Source: an uncultured Methanosarcinales archaeon (GTDB lineage Archaea; Nanobdellota; Nanobdellia; Woesearchaeales; DSVV01). From it: a stretch of 64,000 nt of DNA. The first letter of the stretch is position 1; each line of letters begins with the position of its first letter. The DNA lies in contig CAYVNN010000004.1 in the NCBI GenBank assembly GCA_964453185.1, positions 128,706 to 192,705 on the forward strand. Direction: 5' to 3'. Positions 10,303-20,085 of this stretch are shown one piece after another. The notes beneath the pieces were generated by a model. It was given only the letters and a program-made list of their open reading frames with translations, was not told the DNA's origin and did no database searches. Both the position numbers and the translations under genes were made by a program.

Positions 10303-12318
10303 ATGGATAAAAAGATTGTAATTTCTATTTTAGTTATAATTAGTTTAATGTTTTTAATGGGACAAGTGGGTTGTACAACTCCTTCGTTTTCATTGATTTG
10401 TACAGGTGATCAGGAAGGAGAAACTGATTGTTTAAGTGGGTATACATATGAATGTTCATTTGATGCATTTGGTAATTATGTATGGGAATCAACTGGTTCA
10501 ACATGTGAAGCATTTGAGAATGAAACTTTAGATTTAAGTGTTGCAGATGTTGATTTTGATCCTGTAGATCCTATTATTAGTGAAAATATAAGTGTATGGG
10601 CTAATATTACTAATGATGGTAATACTTCTGTTACATATGATGAAATGACAATTGCTTTATATGATATTACTTCAACATCAACTTTATTACAAGAATTAAT
10701 TGTATCTGATCAAACAGGAACAGGAGATTTTGCTTCAGGTGAATCTGTCTTAGTAACATTTGATGTATTTAGTTATAGTGCAAATGGTACATATGAATTA
10801 CAAGTTTACTTAGATCCAACAAATCAACTTGGAGAAGCAATCAGGAGTGATAATTCATACAGATATATTTATGTTACAGTTGGAGATGGAGTGAGTGATA
10901 ATACAACAACTGTTATTGAAACTTGTAGTGATGGAATACAAAATCAAGATGAAACTGGTGTTGATTGTGGAGGAAGCGTTTGTAGTGCATGTACAACTAG
11001 TACAAGTGCAGATCTTGGATCATTTAATGTGACTGATGTAACAAATCTTGCTTCATCAGATCCAACAGCAATTGAAAATAAATTGTATATATACACAAAT
11101 GAAAGTACATCAACAATTGGTAATCTTGATTCGTCTAATGTGTATTCTGATTATGATACACATAATCCTAGTTCAGCATCACCATTGGTGTTCGGTGTTT
11201 CTTATCTTGGTGATTCTAGTCAACAAATTGTTTTAGTTCAAGCAGATGTTGGAAATCTTTATGTTTTTTTACCTGACATGGTTTATTCATCTGGTACATT
11301 AAAATTATTTGTTGCAGAGAATGGTTCAACATATTATGCAGATGATGCACATGATGGTTCAGGAACAGCTTTAGGTGTTGAAGAAGCATTAGTTTCAGAT
11401 CATTTAGCAAGACAGGCAGAACAATCATATGAATGTTATAATGATGCATTTTGTGAAGCATTGTATGGAACTACTTATGATTGTAATACTACTAGTTATG
11501 TCTGTGAACCAGAAATAGTAGGTCCAGAGAATTGTACAAATTTAGTTGATGATGATAGTGATTTATTAGTTGATTGTGATGATAGTGATTGTAACAGTGA
11601 ATGTTTAGAGGGAGTTTATAGTACATATATGGTTTCTAATACTGACCCAAGTAACTCTTCGTTAAACTCATGTAATGAGGTTTGTGATAATTTGGGAGGA
11701 TTAACTTGTATGCATGTTGAAACCTATGTTGATAATTCTGGTGCTTATACAGATGGTACTGGTTTATTGGGTGGTGGAAATAGAGATTTAAATTGTAGTT
11801 TTGAACCTTCCTATGATTATACATATAGATGTGGGTGTTTAGAATTAAGTAGTTATTCTAATTTAAGTGTAGATACTTCAAATTTTGAATTAAAACAAGC
11901 AAGTACTTCTAGATCATGTGATGAAAGATGTGCAGATGTTGGAATGATATGTACACACGCAGAAATGGATAAATATGATGGTAATCTCTTAGATTATTCT
12001 GGTGTTATTATTAATTGTTCAGTAGTTGATACTGAATATAATAAACATTGTAAATGTGTTCAAGAAACAACAGGTTATGAGGATTTTTTAACTTTGTTAA
12101 ATGGTTATAGTGTTGTTGTTTCTGATCCAAATAACACTAGTATGAATTCATGTGATGAAGCATGTACAACAATTGGAAAAGAGTGTATTGGTGTTGAGAA
12201 TTATTTATCAACTTCTGGTGTGGTTATGAGTGAGACTGGTTTAGTTTACTATGCATCGTCACATCCAGATTATTGCTCTATGTCTTATTATTATTACTTT
12301 AATTGTAAGTGCATCTAA
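10303..12318 (+). CDS. Secreted or anchored Cys-rich surface protein with a CARDB/Ig-like domain
   Basis: N-terminus nearly identical to the previous gene; DLSV...ANITNDG...LDPTNQLGEAIRSDN is CARDB-like; CSDGIQNQDETGVDCGG module; same three C-terminal modules. Confidence 0.85.
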   Translation: MDKKIVISILVIISLMFLMGQVGCTTPSFSLICTGDQEGETDCLSGYTYECSFDAFGNYVWESTGSTCEAFENETLDLSVADVDFDPVDPIISENISVWANITNDGNTSVTYDEMTIALYDITSTSTLLQELIVSDQTGTGDFASGESVLVTFDVFSYSANGTYELQVYLDPTNQLGEAIRSDNSYRYIYVTVGDGVSDNTTTVIETCSDGIQNQDETGVDCGGSVCSACTTSTSADLGSFNVTDVTNLASSDPTAIENKLYIYTNESTSTIGNLDSSNVYSDYDTHNPSSASPLVFGVSYLGDSSQQIVLVQADVGNLYVFLPDMVYSSGTLKLFVAENGSTYYADDAHDGSGTALGVEEALVSDHLARQAEQSYECYNDAFCEALYGTTYDCNTTSYVCEPEIVGPENCTNLVDDDSDLLVDCDDSDCNSECLEGVYSTYMVSNTDPSNSSLNSCNEVCDNLGGLTCMHVETYVDNSGAYTDGTGLLGGGNRDLNCSFEPSYDYTYRCGCLELSSYSNLSVDTSNFELKQASTSRSCDERCADVGMICTHAEMDKYDGNLLDYSGVIINCSVVDTEYNKHCKCVQETTGYEDFLTLLNGYSVVVSDPNNTSMNSCDEACTTIGKECIGVENYLSTSGVVMSETGLVYYASSHPDYCSMSYYYYFNCKCI

Positions 12319-12455
12319 ACTTTTTTTCTTTTCTTTTTTTCGTTAACTTTATATACTTCTTAGGTTGTTTTTGATTTTGATGAGAGAAGGAAGGAGTGGA
12401 AAAAAGAAACTTTCTTCTATGGAAATATGTTATATCAGAAGGTGAATATAAGCAA

Positions 12456-12809
12456 ATGGGTAAATTAAAGCCATTATTGCCTAGTTTAAAGGAGAAAAAG
12501 CGTTATTTGGCTTTTAATGTTATAACAAAAGCTAAATCCCTTACATATGGTGCAATTTGTGATGCTATTAATAATAGTTTTAAGGAATTGTATGGTGAGG
12601 TAGGTTTAGCAGATGCAGGGCTTATATTTGTCAAAGACAAGTTTAATAAGAAAACAATGACTGGGATAGTAAGAGTGAATAATAAATTAGTCGATAAATT
12701 AAAATTATCATTATCAATGATAAAGAAAATTGATAACACTAATGTTGTTGTTAGAAGTGTTGGTGTTAGTGGAGTTTTGAAAAAAGCAGAGGAGAAATAT
12801 TTAAAATAA
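12456..12809 (+). CDS. rnp2: RNase P protein Pop5/Rpp14
   Basis: LPSLKEKKRYLAF, LYGEVG and VSGVLKKA motifs; typical position upstream of psmA. Confidence 0.93.
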   Translation: MGKLKPLLPSLKEKKRYLAFNVITKAKSLTYGAICDAINNSFKELYGEVGLADAGLIFVKDKFNKKTMTGIVRVNNKLVDKLKLSLSMIKKIDNTNVVVRSVGVSGVLKKAEEKYLK

Positions 12810-12834
12810 ATTTGTTAAAGCGAGGTGATTTACT

Positions 12835-13566
12835 ATGCAACCTATGAACCATCAATTAATGGGATATGACAGGGCGATTACAATGTTTAGTCCTGACGGA
12901 AGGTTATTGCAAGTTGAATATGCAAAGAAAACAGTTAAACAAGGAAGTACAGCAATTGGAATGATTTGTTCTGATGGTGTTTTACTTGTTACAGATAAAA
13001 GAGTAGTAGATAGTTTAATTATTCCAGAGTCTGTAGAAAAAATTTTCAAAATAGATGAACATATTGCTGCTACAGCGTCAGGGATTTTGTCTGATGCAAG
13101 AGTCTTAATAGAAAGAGCTCAAGTAAAAGCACAACAATATAGAGTTACATTTGATAGTCCAACAGATGCTTTATCAATTGTTAAGGATTTATGTAATCTA
13201 AAACAACTTTGTACACAATCAGGTGGATTAAGACCTTTTGGTGTTTCAATTTTGTTAGCAGGTGTTGATGAAAAAGGGTTTAGTTTGTATCAAACAGATC
13301 CAACTGGTATTTATTTTCAATACAAAGCAACTGTTATTGGTGAGGGTGAAGCAGAGATTGAGGAAATCTTGCATAAAGAATACAAAGAAAGTCTTACTAT
13401 TGAACAAGGTATGAAGTTAGCAATTAAATCATTAAGTAAGATTTTAGGTGAAAATTTTAGTCTGGAAAGAGTTGATTGTGTTTATATTAAGAAAAACACA
13501 AATAAATTCACACGAGCAACAAAACAAAAATTAGCTAGTGTTTATTCAGATGTAAAAAAGAAATAA
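12835..13566 (+). CDS. psmA: Proteasome alpha subunit
   Basis: GYDRAITMFSPDGRLLQVEYA signature; RPFGVS. Confidence 0.98.
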   Translation: MQPMNHQLMGYDRAITMFSPDGRLLQVEYAKKTVKQGSTAIGMICSDGVLLVTDKRVVDSLIIPESVEKIFKIDEHIAATASGILSDARVLIERAQVKAQQYRVTFDSPTDALSIVKDLCNLKQLCTQSGGLRPFGVSILLAGVDEKGFSLYQTDPTGIYFQYKATVIGEGEAEIEEILHKEYKESLTIEQGMKLAIKSLSKILGENFSLERVDCVYIKKNTNKFTRATKQKLASVYSDVKKK

Positions 13567-13575
13567 GTGATTAAA

Positions 13576-14280
13576 ATGGTAGATGTTGATAAAGCAATAA
13601 TTGCAAGGTACAAAACACATGGTGCTGTTTTTGAAGTACTTGTTGATTGTGATAACGCTTTAAAACTAAAAAGTGGAGCAGAAATTGATTTGAAAGATAT
13701 TTTAGCATCTGAAAAAATTTTTTCTGATTCAAAAAAAGGATTGTTAGCTTCAGAAAATCAACTGAAGCAAGTGTTTGGTACAGAGGATGTTTTAGAAATT
13801 GCAAAAAGTGTAATTTTAAAAGGAGATGTACAATTAACTGCTGATTATAAAGCAAAGTTAATGAATGAAAAAAGAAGTAGAATTTTAACTTTTATTCAGA
13901 GAAATGGGGTTGATCCAAAAACACATTTGCCTCATCCAATGAAACGTATTGAGTTAGCATTTGATGAAGCAAAGATTAAGATTGACGAATACAAGAATGA
14001 AGAACAACAGACATCAGATATACTTAATAAACTAAGACCAATTCTGCCAATTAAGTTTGAAAGAAAAGAAATTGCATTAAGAATCCCAGCAAATTTTGCA
14101 GGAAAAGCTTATTCTGTTATTCAAACTACAACAAAATTATTACAAGAAGAATGGCAGTCAGATGGATCATTAGTTTGTAAGGTAGATATTCCTGCTGGAG
14201 TACAGGCTGATTTAATGGATAAATTAAATAATCTTACTCATGGGGAAGTTGATGTTAAAGTTTTAAAGGTTAAAAATTAG
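13576..14280 (+). CDS. Ribosome maturation factor SBDS/Sdo1
   Basis: FEVLVD, IFSDSKKG and DPKTHLPHP motifs; exosome operon context. Confidence 0.95.
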   Translation: MVDVDKAIIARYKTHGAVFEVLVDCDNALKLKSGAEIDLKDILASEKIFSDSKKGLLASENQLKQVFGTEDVLEIAKSVILKGDVQLTADYKAKLMNEKRSRILTFIQRNGVDPKTHLPHPMKRIELAFDEAKIKIDEYKNEEQQTSDILNKLRPILPIKFERKEIALRIPANFAGKAYSVIQTTTKLLQEEWQSDGSLVCKVDIPAGVQADLMDKLNNLTHGEVDVKVLKVKN

Positions 14281-14301
14281 ATTAAATGGAGTGATGTAAA
14301 A

Positions 14302-15027
14302 ATGGGAGAACTATTAGTAAAAAATAAGGAACTTGTAGTTCCAGGACAGCAAGTTGCAAAAGGTATGGACAACTTGCCAGGTAAAGGGACATATAGAAAT
14401 GGAGATTTCATAATTGCCTCTAAACTGGGATTAATAAGTGTAGATGGAAGAGCAATTAAAATAATTTCCATGTCTGGAAGATATCTTCCAAAGGCAGGAG
14501 ACACAATAATTGGGAAAGTTGTTGACATAACAATGAGTGGTTGGAGAGTAGAAATAAATTCAGCATACACTTCAATGTTGACATTAAAAGATGCAAGTTC
14601 TGATTTCATAGCAAGAAATGCAGACTTAACAAAATATTTTGCATTAGGTGATTATCTTGTAGCAAAAATTGTTAATGTTACATCTCAAAAATTAATTGAT
14701 GTCACAACAAAAGGTCCAGGTTTAAGAAAATTACCTCGTGGAAGAATTGTGAAAGTTAATTGTAATAAAGTTCCAAGGATAATTGGTAAACAAGGATCAA
14801 TGGTTACAATGATTAAAGATGCAACAGGTTGTAGAATTACTGTTGGTCAAAATGGTTTGATTTGGTTAGAAGGTGAACCTGAGAAAGAGATTCTTGCAGT
14901 TAATACAATAAAAATGATTGAAAGTCAATCACATGTTCCTGGGTTAACTGATAAAATTAAAGTGTTTTTAGAAAAAAGTACAAAAACAAAATTAAGTAAT
15001 GGAACTAAAGTAGTTAAAGGTGAATAA
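14302..15027 (+). CDS. rrp4: Exosome RNA-binding subunit Rrp4
   Basis: VVPG, YLPKAGDTIIG S1 domain and VPRIIGKQGSM KH domain. Confidence 0.96.
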   Translation: MGELLVKNKELVVPGQQVAKGMDNLPGKGTYRNGDFIIASKLGLISVDGRAIKIISMSGRYLPKAGDTIIGKVVDITMSGWRVEINSAYTSMLTLKDASSDFIARNADLTKYFALGDYLVAKIVNVTSQKLIDVTTKGPGLRKLPRGRIVKVNCNKVPRIIGKQGSMVTMIKDATGCRITVGQNGLIWLEGEPEKEILAVNTIKMIESQSHVPGLTDKIKVFLEKSTKTKLSNGTKVVKGE

Positions 15028-15028
15028 A

Positions 15029-15745
15029 ATGGGTTATTCAAAGAGATATGATGGAAGAAAATTTGATGAGTTAAGGCCAATTGAGGCTAAAGCTGGCGTA
15101 ATTAAAAATGCAGATGGTTCTGCTTTTTTTAAGATTGGGAAAACAGTTGCATATGCTGCTGTTTATGGTCCAAGGGAACTTTATCCTAGATTTTTACAAA
15201 ATCCTAAAACAGGAATCTTGAGATGTAATTATAATATGATGCCATTCTCTGGAATGGGTGATAGAGTTAGACCAGGGCCAAGTAGAAGATCTAAAGAGAT
15301 TTCAATGGTTACACAAAAGGCTTTAAATCCTGTAATTAATTTGGAAGAATGGCCAAATGCAGTTGTTGATGTTTTTATTGAGTTAACACAAACTGATGCT
15401 GGGTCAAGATGTGCAGGAATTTGTGCAGCATCAATTGCTTTGGCAGATGCGGGAATTCCTATGAAGGATCTTGTTGCAGCGGTATCTGTTGGTTTAGTCG
15501 ACGATAAAGTTGTTGTTGATCTTGATTATAAGGAAGAAGCTTATGAAGGTGGACCTGTTGCAGATATTCCTTTTGCATACATTCCTTCTTTAGGACAGTT
15601 TTCTCTTCTTCAGATGGATGGAGAGATTTCTAAGGAAAATTTGTTTAAGGCCTTAGAAAAAGCAAAGGTAATTAGTGAAAACCTGATTGAAATTCAAAGA
15701 AATGCTTTGAAAGAAAAATATAGTTTAGATGGTGATTCAAAATGA
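15029..15745 (+). CDS. rrp41: Exosome RNase PH subunit Rrp41
   Basis: DGRKFDELRPI, ADGSA, AVYGPRE, PSRRSKEIS and DLDYKEE motifs. Confidence 0.96.
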   Translation: MGYSKRYDGRKFDELRPIEAKAGVIKNADGSAFFKIGKTVAYAAVYGPRELYPRFLQNPKTGILRCNYNMMPFSGMGDRVRPGPSRRSKEISMVTQKALNPVINLEEWPNAVVDVFIELTQTDAGSRCAGICAASIALADAGIPMKDLVAAVSVGLVDDKVVVDLDYKEEAYEGGPVADIPFAYIPSLGQFSLLQMDGEISKENLFKALEKAKVISENLIEIQRNALKEKYSLDGDSK

Positions 15746-16512
15746 GTGATAATGACAAAGAACATTTATTGAAATTTCTCAATAAAAAGATAAGGTTTGA
15801 TGGAAGGAAATTTGACCAATTTAGAGATGTTAATATTGAATATGACATTTCAGCTAATGCAGAAGGTTCAGCAAAGATTCAAATTGGTGAGACTGTTGTT
15901 GTTGCTGGTGTTAAAATGTTAGTTGGTGCACCGTTTCCAGATAGACCTGATGAAGGAGCAATTATGGTAAATGCTGAACTTTTACCTTTATCAAGTCCTG
16001 ATTTTGAGTCAGGTCCTCCAAGTATTGATGCAATTGAGTTAGCAAGAGTTGTTGACAGAGGAATTAGGGAAAGTAAGGCAGTAGATCTTAAGAAATTATG
16101 CATTAAGAAAGGGGAAACATGTTGGATTGTTTCAATTGATATTTGTACCTTAAATGTTGCAGGTAATTTATTTGATGCATCTACATTAGCAGCAATGGCT
16201 GCATTGACAAAAGCAAAGTTTCCAAAGTATGAGGACGGAACTGTTGACTATAAAGAACATACTGATAAGGGATTGGATTTAGAAAAAGTTCCAATTGGTG
16301 TAACTGTTCTGAAAATTGGAGATGCGCTTTTGGTTGATCCATTAAATGAAGAAGAAATTCATTTAGATGCAAGATTAACAATAACATCAACAAAAGATGG
16401 TACTATCTGTGCCTTACAGAAAGGTGGATCTGAAACATTGTCTTTGGATGATATTAAGTCAATGGTTGAACTTGCATTAAAGAAATCAAGTGAATTAAGA
16501 AAAAAATTATAA
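15742..16512 (+). CDS. rrp42: Exosome RNase PH subunit Rrp42
   Basis: PFPDRPDEG, FESGPP, ELARVVDRGIRES and QKGG motifs. Confidence 0.96.
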   Translation: MSDNDKEHLLKFLNKKIRFDGRKFDQFRDVNIEYDISANAEGSAKIQIGETVVVAGVKMLVGAPFPDRPDEGAIMVNAELLPLSSPDFESGPPSIDAIELARVVDRGIRESKAVDLKKLCIKKGETCWIVSIDICTLNVAGNLFDASTLAAMAALTKAKFPKYEDGTVDYKEHTDKGLDLEKVPIGVTVLKIGDALLVDPLNEEEIHLDARLTITSTKDGTICALQKGGSETLSLDDIKSMVELALKKSSELRKKL

Positions 16513-16559
16513 TTTTTTCTTTTGTTTTTTCTATTCTTTTTTAACTATTTTCTGTTTAG

Positions 16560-16712
16560 TTAACATCCACAAAAGTTAATATTTAATGGAATTACATTAT
16601 AGAACATTAGGAATGCTAGAATTATTCCAATTACTAATCCAACTCCAAATCCCTTGAATACATCTGTCCATAGTCCGACAAATGCTTTTTTGTTTTTTAT
16701 TATTTTCATCAT
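16560..16712 (-). CDS. Small 50-aa membrane protein with a class III signal-like KKA|F start
   Basis: Not in the ORF track; GAGGTG RBS; MMKIIKNKKAFVGLWTDVFKGFGVGLVIGIILAFLMFYNVIPLNINFCGC. Confidence 0.7.
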   Translation of the reverse strand: MMKIIKNKKAFVGLWTDVFKGFGVGLVIGIILAFLMFYNVIPLNINFCGC

Positions 16713-16755
16713 ATACACCTCATTGTATTATATTATATATCTTAAAAGATGTTGA

Positions 16756-17193
16756 TTAAGCATATCTTCTGATCATATCAACCATTTTTATACTTCTTTT
16801 TGCTCCACTTTTGATATGTCCTTTTATTTCTTCAACTTCTTTTCCTATAGCTTTCATTTCTGCTTGCTTTGAATCTAATAATGGCTTTACTTGTGCCATC
16901 ATTGTAGGGTCTTTATTGAATTTTTTAGCATGTGAATAAAGTCCTTCAATTTCTTTAGTTACTGTTTTCATAATAGCTTTATACTCTTCTTCTAATCTCA
17001 TTAGTTTAATTTGCATAGTTTCTTCTACTTCCTCAAGAAGCCGTAATCTTGCTTTTATATGTCTAATTCTTTCATGATTACTTTTTGCAGTTTTTGTAGC
17101 TTCTTCATATCTATTAATTTCAGCGACCCAATTAATTACTGCTCTGTTTAAACCAGGGCCATGACCTTTATCAGTTACTACTATGAAAATCAC
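16756..17193 (-). CDS. Hypothetical coiled-coil protein
   Basis: 145-aa helical K/E-rich ORF; start codon uncertain. Confidence 0.65.
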   Translation of the reverse strand: MIFIVVTDKGHGPGLNRAVINWVAEINRYEEATKTAKSNHERIRHIKARLRLLEEVEETMQIKLMRLEEEYKAIMKTVTKEIEGLYSHAKKFNKDPTMMAQVKPLLDSKQAEMKAIGKEVEEIKGHIKSGAKRSIKMVDMIRRYA

Positions 17194-17280
17194 CTTTTTT
17201 ATGGAATATCATCCTTATAGATAATTCTGTGGTTTTGAATATTTAAACTTTTGCTATTTCAGTGTTTAATTATACTTGTT

Positions 17281-17412
17281 ATGCACAAAAATGCAGAAAA
17301 CTTTGGATAATAACCTAGTTGAATGCATTTAATATGTTAATTCAACAAGTTTTTGCATTTTTGGCATCCTAGAAATCCTATCAATATATAATATGGGGTA
17401 ATAGGATTTCTA
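17281..17412. repeat. Two adjacent long inverted repeats upstream of the Sm gene
   Basis: ATGCACAAAAATGCAGAAAACTT/AAGTTTTTGCATTTTTGGCAT, followed by TAGAAATCCTAT/ATAGGATTTCTA. Confidence 0.7.
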
Positions 17413-17493
17413 TGATATCGATACCTTTATATATGGGGTGGCCATCTCAACAGATGTCTTATATATTTTATTTAATTTTTTGGAGGAAACAAA

Positions 17494-17721
17494 ATGGAAA
17501 CATCAAGACCATTAGATGCCTTAAACAAGGCTAGAAATAAAAGAGTAATTGTTGAACTTAAGAACGGTAAACAAATTGCAGGAGAATTAAAAGCATTTGA
17601 TATTCATATTAATGTGGTATTAGATAATGCCGAAGAAAGAGCAGACGGTGAAGTTAAAAGAAAGATGGGAACTATCTTTTTAAGGGGAGATACAATTATT
17701 ATAATTTCACCAGCAGAATAA
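17494..17721 (+). CDS. Sm/Lsm-like archaeal RNA-binding protein
   Basis: RPLDAL, GELKAFDIHINVVL (Sm1) and IFLRGD (Sm2); adjacent to rpl37e. Confidence 0.96.
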   Translation: METSRPLDALNKARNKRVIVELKNGKQIAGELKAFDIHINVVLDNAEERADGEVKRKMGTIFLRGDTIIIISPAE

Positions 17722-17813
17722 ATTTAAATTATTTATTCATTGTTTATTTTCATATGTTGATTTTAAATTAAAAGAGTTGAAATGATTAAAAATTATGTTA
17801 TTAGGTGGTATTA

Positions 17814-18002
17814 ATGAGTAAGGGAACAGCGTCACAAGGTAAGAAGTCAAGAGGTAAATGTCATATTATATGTAGAAGATGTGGTAAACATACTTATCAT
17901 AAAACAAGAAATATTTGTAGTTCTTGTGGATTTGGTAGGACTGCAAAGCTAAGATCATATTCATGGCAGAAAAAGAAAAAAGTTGGGGCTAATCAGTGCT
18001 GA
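17814..18002 (+). CDS. rpl37e: 50S ribosomal protein L37e
   Basis: MSKGTAS-x-GKK, CRRCG...CSSCGFG zinc finger. Confidence 0.97.
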   Translation: MSKGTASQGKKSRGKCHIICRRCGKHTYHKTRNICSSCGFGRTAKLRSYSWQKKKKVGANQC

Positions 18003-18116
18003 TTGTGATTATTTTTAATTCTTAATTTTGTTTTTTTAATATTTAAATTGAAATAAGGATACAAATAGCAATTATTTTTAGAAATCTTTTAATAATTCTT
18101 CTTGTTTTTGTTTGTT

Positions 18117-19367
18117 ATGGTATCATTAAGTTTGTGTATTATTGCTAAGAATGAAGAAGATTTTATTCAAAGTTGTATAAGTTGTGTTAAAGACATGATT
18201 GATGAGGTTATTCTTGTAGATACTGGAAGTATTGATAAAACAAAGGAAAAAGCAAGACAAATATGTTCTGATGTTAAGATATTTGATTTTGAATGGTGTG
18301 ATGACTTTGCAGCTGCTAAAAATTTTGCAATTAGAAAAGCAACTTCTGATTGGATTTTTGTTTTAGATGCAGATGAAGTTGTTGAAAAACAAGATATTGA
18401 GAAGATTAAGGAAATAATTCAAGATACATCTTATGTTGCGTTTGCATTTACGTCAAGACATTATACAACAGAAAAGATACATGCAAACTGGCATATGATT
18501 AAAAATGCTGAGAGAAAAGATTTTATGCAAGGTTTTTTAGGGTATTACGATGTTAATCATATTACTCGTTTATTTTTGAATGATGAAAATCTTTATTTTC
18601 AAGGAAAGGTACATGAAGATATTAATCCTTCTATTTTTGAATATGATAAAAAAGTTGGAAATAAAAAGTGTAAGGTTTTAAAGATCCCTATTCATCATCT
18701 TCATATTAAGAAGAAAGGAAGTTTTATTGATGGAAAACAGAAATATTATTATAAACTGTCTAAGGAAAAATTACAAGAACATCCTGATTCAAAGATTGCA
18801 TTAGATGTTGCGGTGGGTTCTGTTTTATTTGATAATGATGTTGAATCTTCTTTAAATTATCTTGTTAAGGTTCTTGAGATTGATGGGGTTGATGGTGTTC
18901 TTGTTGAGAAGATAATTAAGTTAATTGATGGTGGGGATTTTATTAATGCATTACGTTTAGTTTTTGATAATTTTGTTTTTAAAAAACATGACTTAAATTC
19001 TGTTTTAAATCTAGCAAAATCATTGAATAGAATTAATAAAGTAAAAGAAGCATTAGTTGTTTTGAAAAGAATTTATATGTTGAATCCACAGAACACAATT
19101 GTTCTTGAATATTTGGGTGTATGTTTATCAAGAATGGGTAAAATAAAAGAATCTATTATTGTTTTTGAAAGAGCATTAGAATTAGAATCTTTTGATAAAA
19201 AGAAAGCAATGTTTTGTTTTAATCTAGGAGCTCTTTATGAGAAGGTAAATGAACTGAATAGATCTATTAATTATTATGAAAAAGCAATTAATTTTGGTTT
19301 TAAGAATGGGGACCAATTAAAAGGAAGAATTAATTTATTAAGATTGGAATTAAGTAAGAAAGGTTAA
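18117..19367 (+). CDS. GT2 glycosyltransferase with C-terminal TPR repeats
   Basis: SLCIIAKNEE, VDTGSIDKT, LDADE and GKVHE motifs; TPR-like helices. Confidence 0.9.
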   Translation: MVSLSLCIIAKNEEDFIQSCISCVKDMIDEVILVDTGSIDKTKEKARQICSDVKIFDFEWCDDFAAAKNFAIRKATSDWIFVLDADEVVEKQDIEKIKEIIQDTSYVAFAFTSRHYTTEKIHANWHMIKNAERKDFMQGFLGYYDVNHITRLFLNDENLYFQGKVHEDINPSIFEYDKKVGNKKCKVLKIPIHHLHIKKKGSFIDGKQKYYYKLSKEKLQEHPDSKIALDVAVGSVLFDNDVESSLNYLVKVLEIDGVDGVLVEKIIKLIDGGDFINALRLVFDNFVFKKHDLNSVLNLAKSLNRINKVKEALVVLKRIYMLNPQNTIVLEYLGVCLSRMGKIKESIIVFERALELESFDKKKAMFCFNLGALYEKVNELNRSINYYEKAINFGFKNGDQLKGRINLLRLELSKKG

Positions 19368-19405
19368 TATTAGTTTATTTTCGCAATACTTATAAATAAA
19401 TACTT

Positions 19406-20085
19406 TTGATATATTTATGTGGTGTTTTTCTGGTGGTTAATGTAGGTAAAGTAGAGGATATTGAGTTAAATTGTAAGACTGCTTATTTAGCAGGAGTTAT
19501 TATTGGCGATGGTCATATATCTAATTCAACTAAGTCAAAGTTAGATTTATTAAGGATTATAAAATTGTTATTGATATTGCAGATAAAAATTTTCTTTATT
19601 GTCTTTATAATATGATTAAAACTATGATTTTAACTAAAAGTATTCCAAGACCAACAAAAATTAGAGGAAATCGAAAAGAACGGTGGTGTTTTCAGTTTAG
19701 AAACAAATCATTTTACTTTTTCCTTACTGGATACTTAGGGATAATAGCTGGCTCAAAAAGTTCATTTGTTAGAATGCCTTTGAAAATTAAAAATGCAAAT
19801 ATTAGGTTAAAAAAATATTTCTTAGCAGGATTATTTGATACTGATGGTGGTTTTAGAGGTAATTCTCTTGGATTTACAACTGCAAGTAAAGACTTAAATA
19901 AGGATGTTCATGATTTATTGGATGAATTATTAATCAGACATAGTCTTGATAAATGGGAAAATAAAAAATATGGAAAATTTTATTATGGGATTAGAATTGC
20001 TAAGTCTGAAATAGATAATTTTTTAAATAAGGTGCCTATACAAAACAAAGAAAAGTTGAAAAGAATCCGTTCCAGATTCCCTTGA
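19406..20085 (+). pseudogene. LAGLIDADG endonuclease-like gene, frameshifted near 19550
   Basis: AYLAGVIIGDGHI in ORF 19406-19615 and FLAGLFDTDGG in ORF 19612-20085; the second frame is open from GAT TAT AAA ATT (~19555), so one missing base would join them; the stop TGA overlaps the first bases of tRNA-Leu. Confidence 0.85.
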
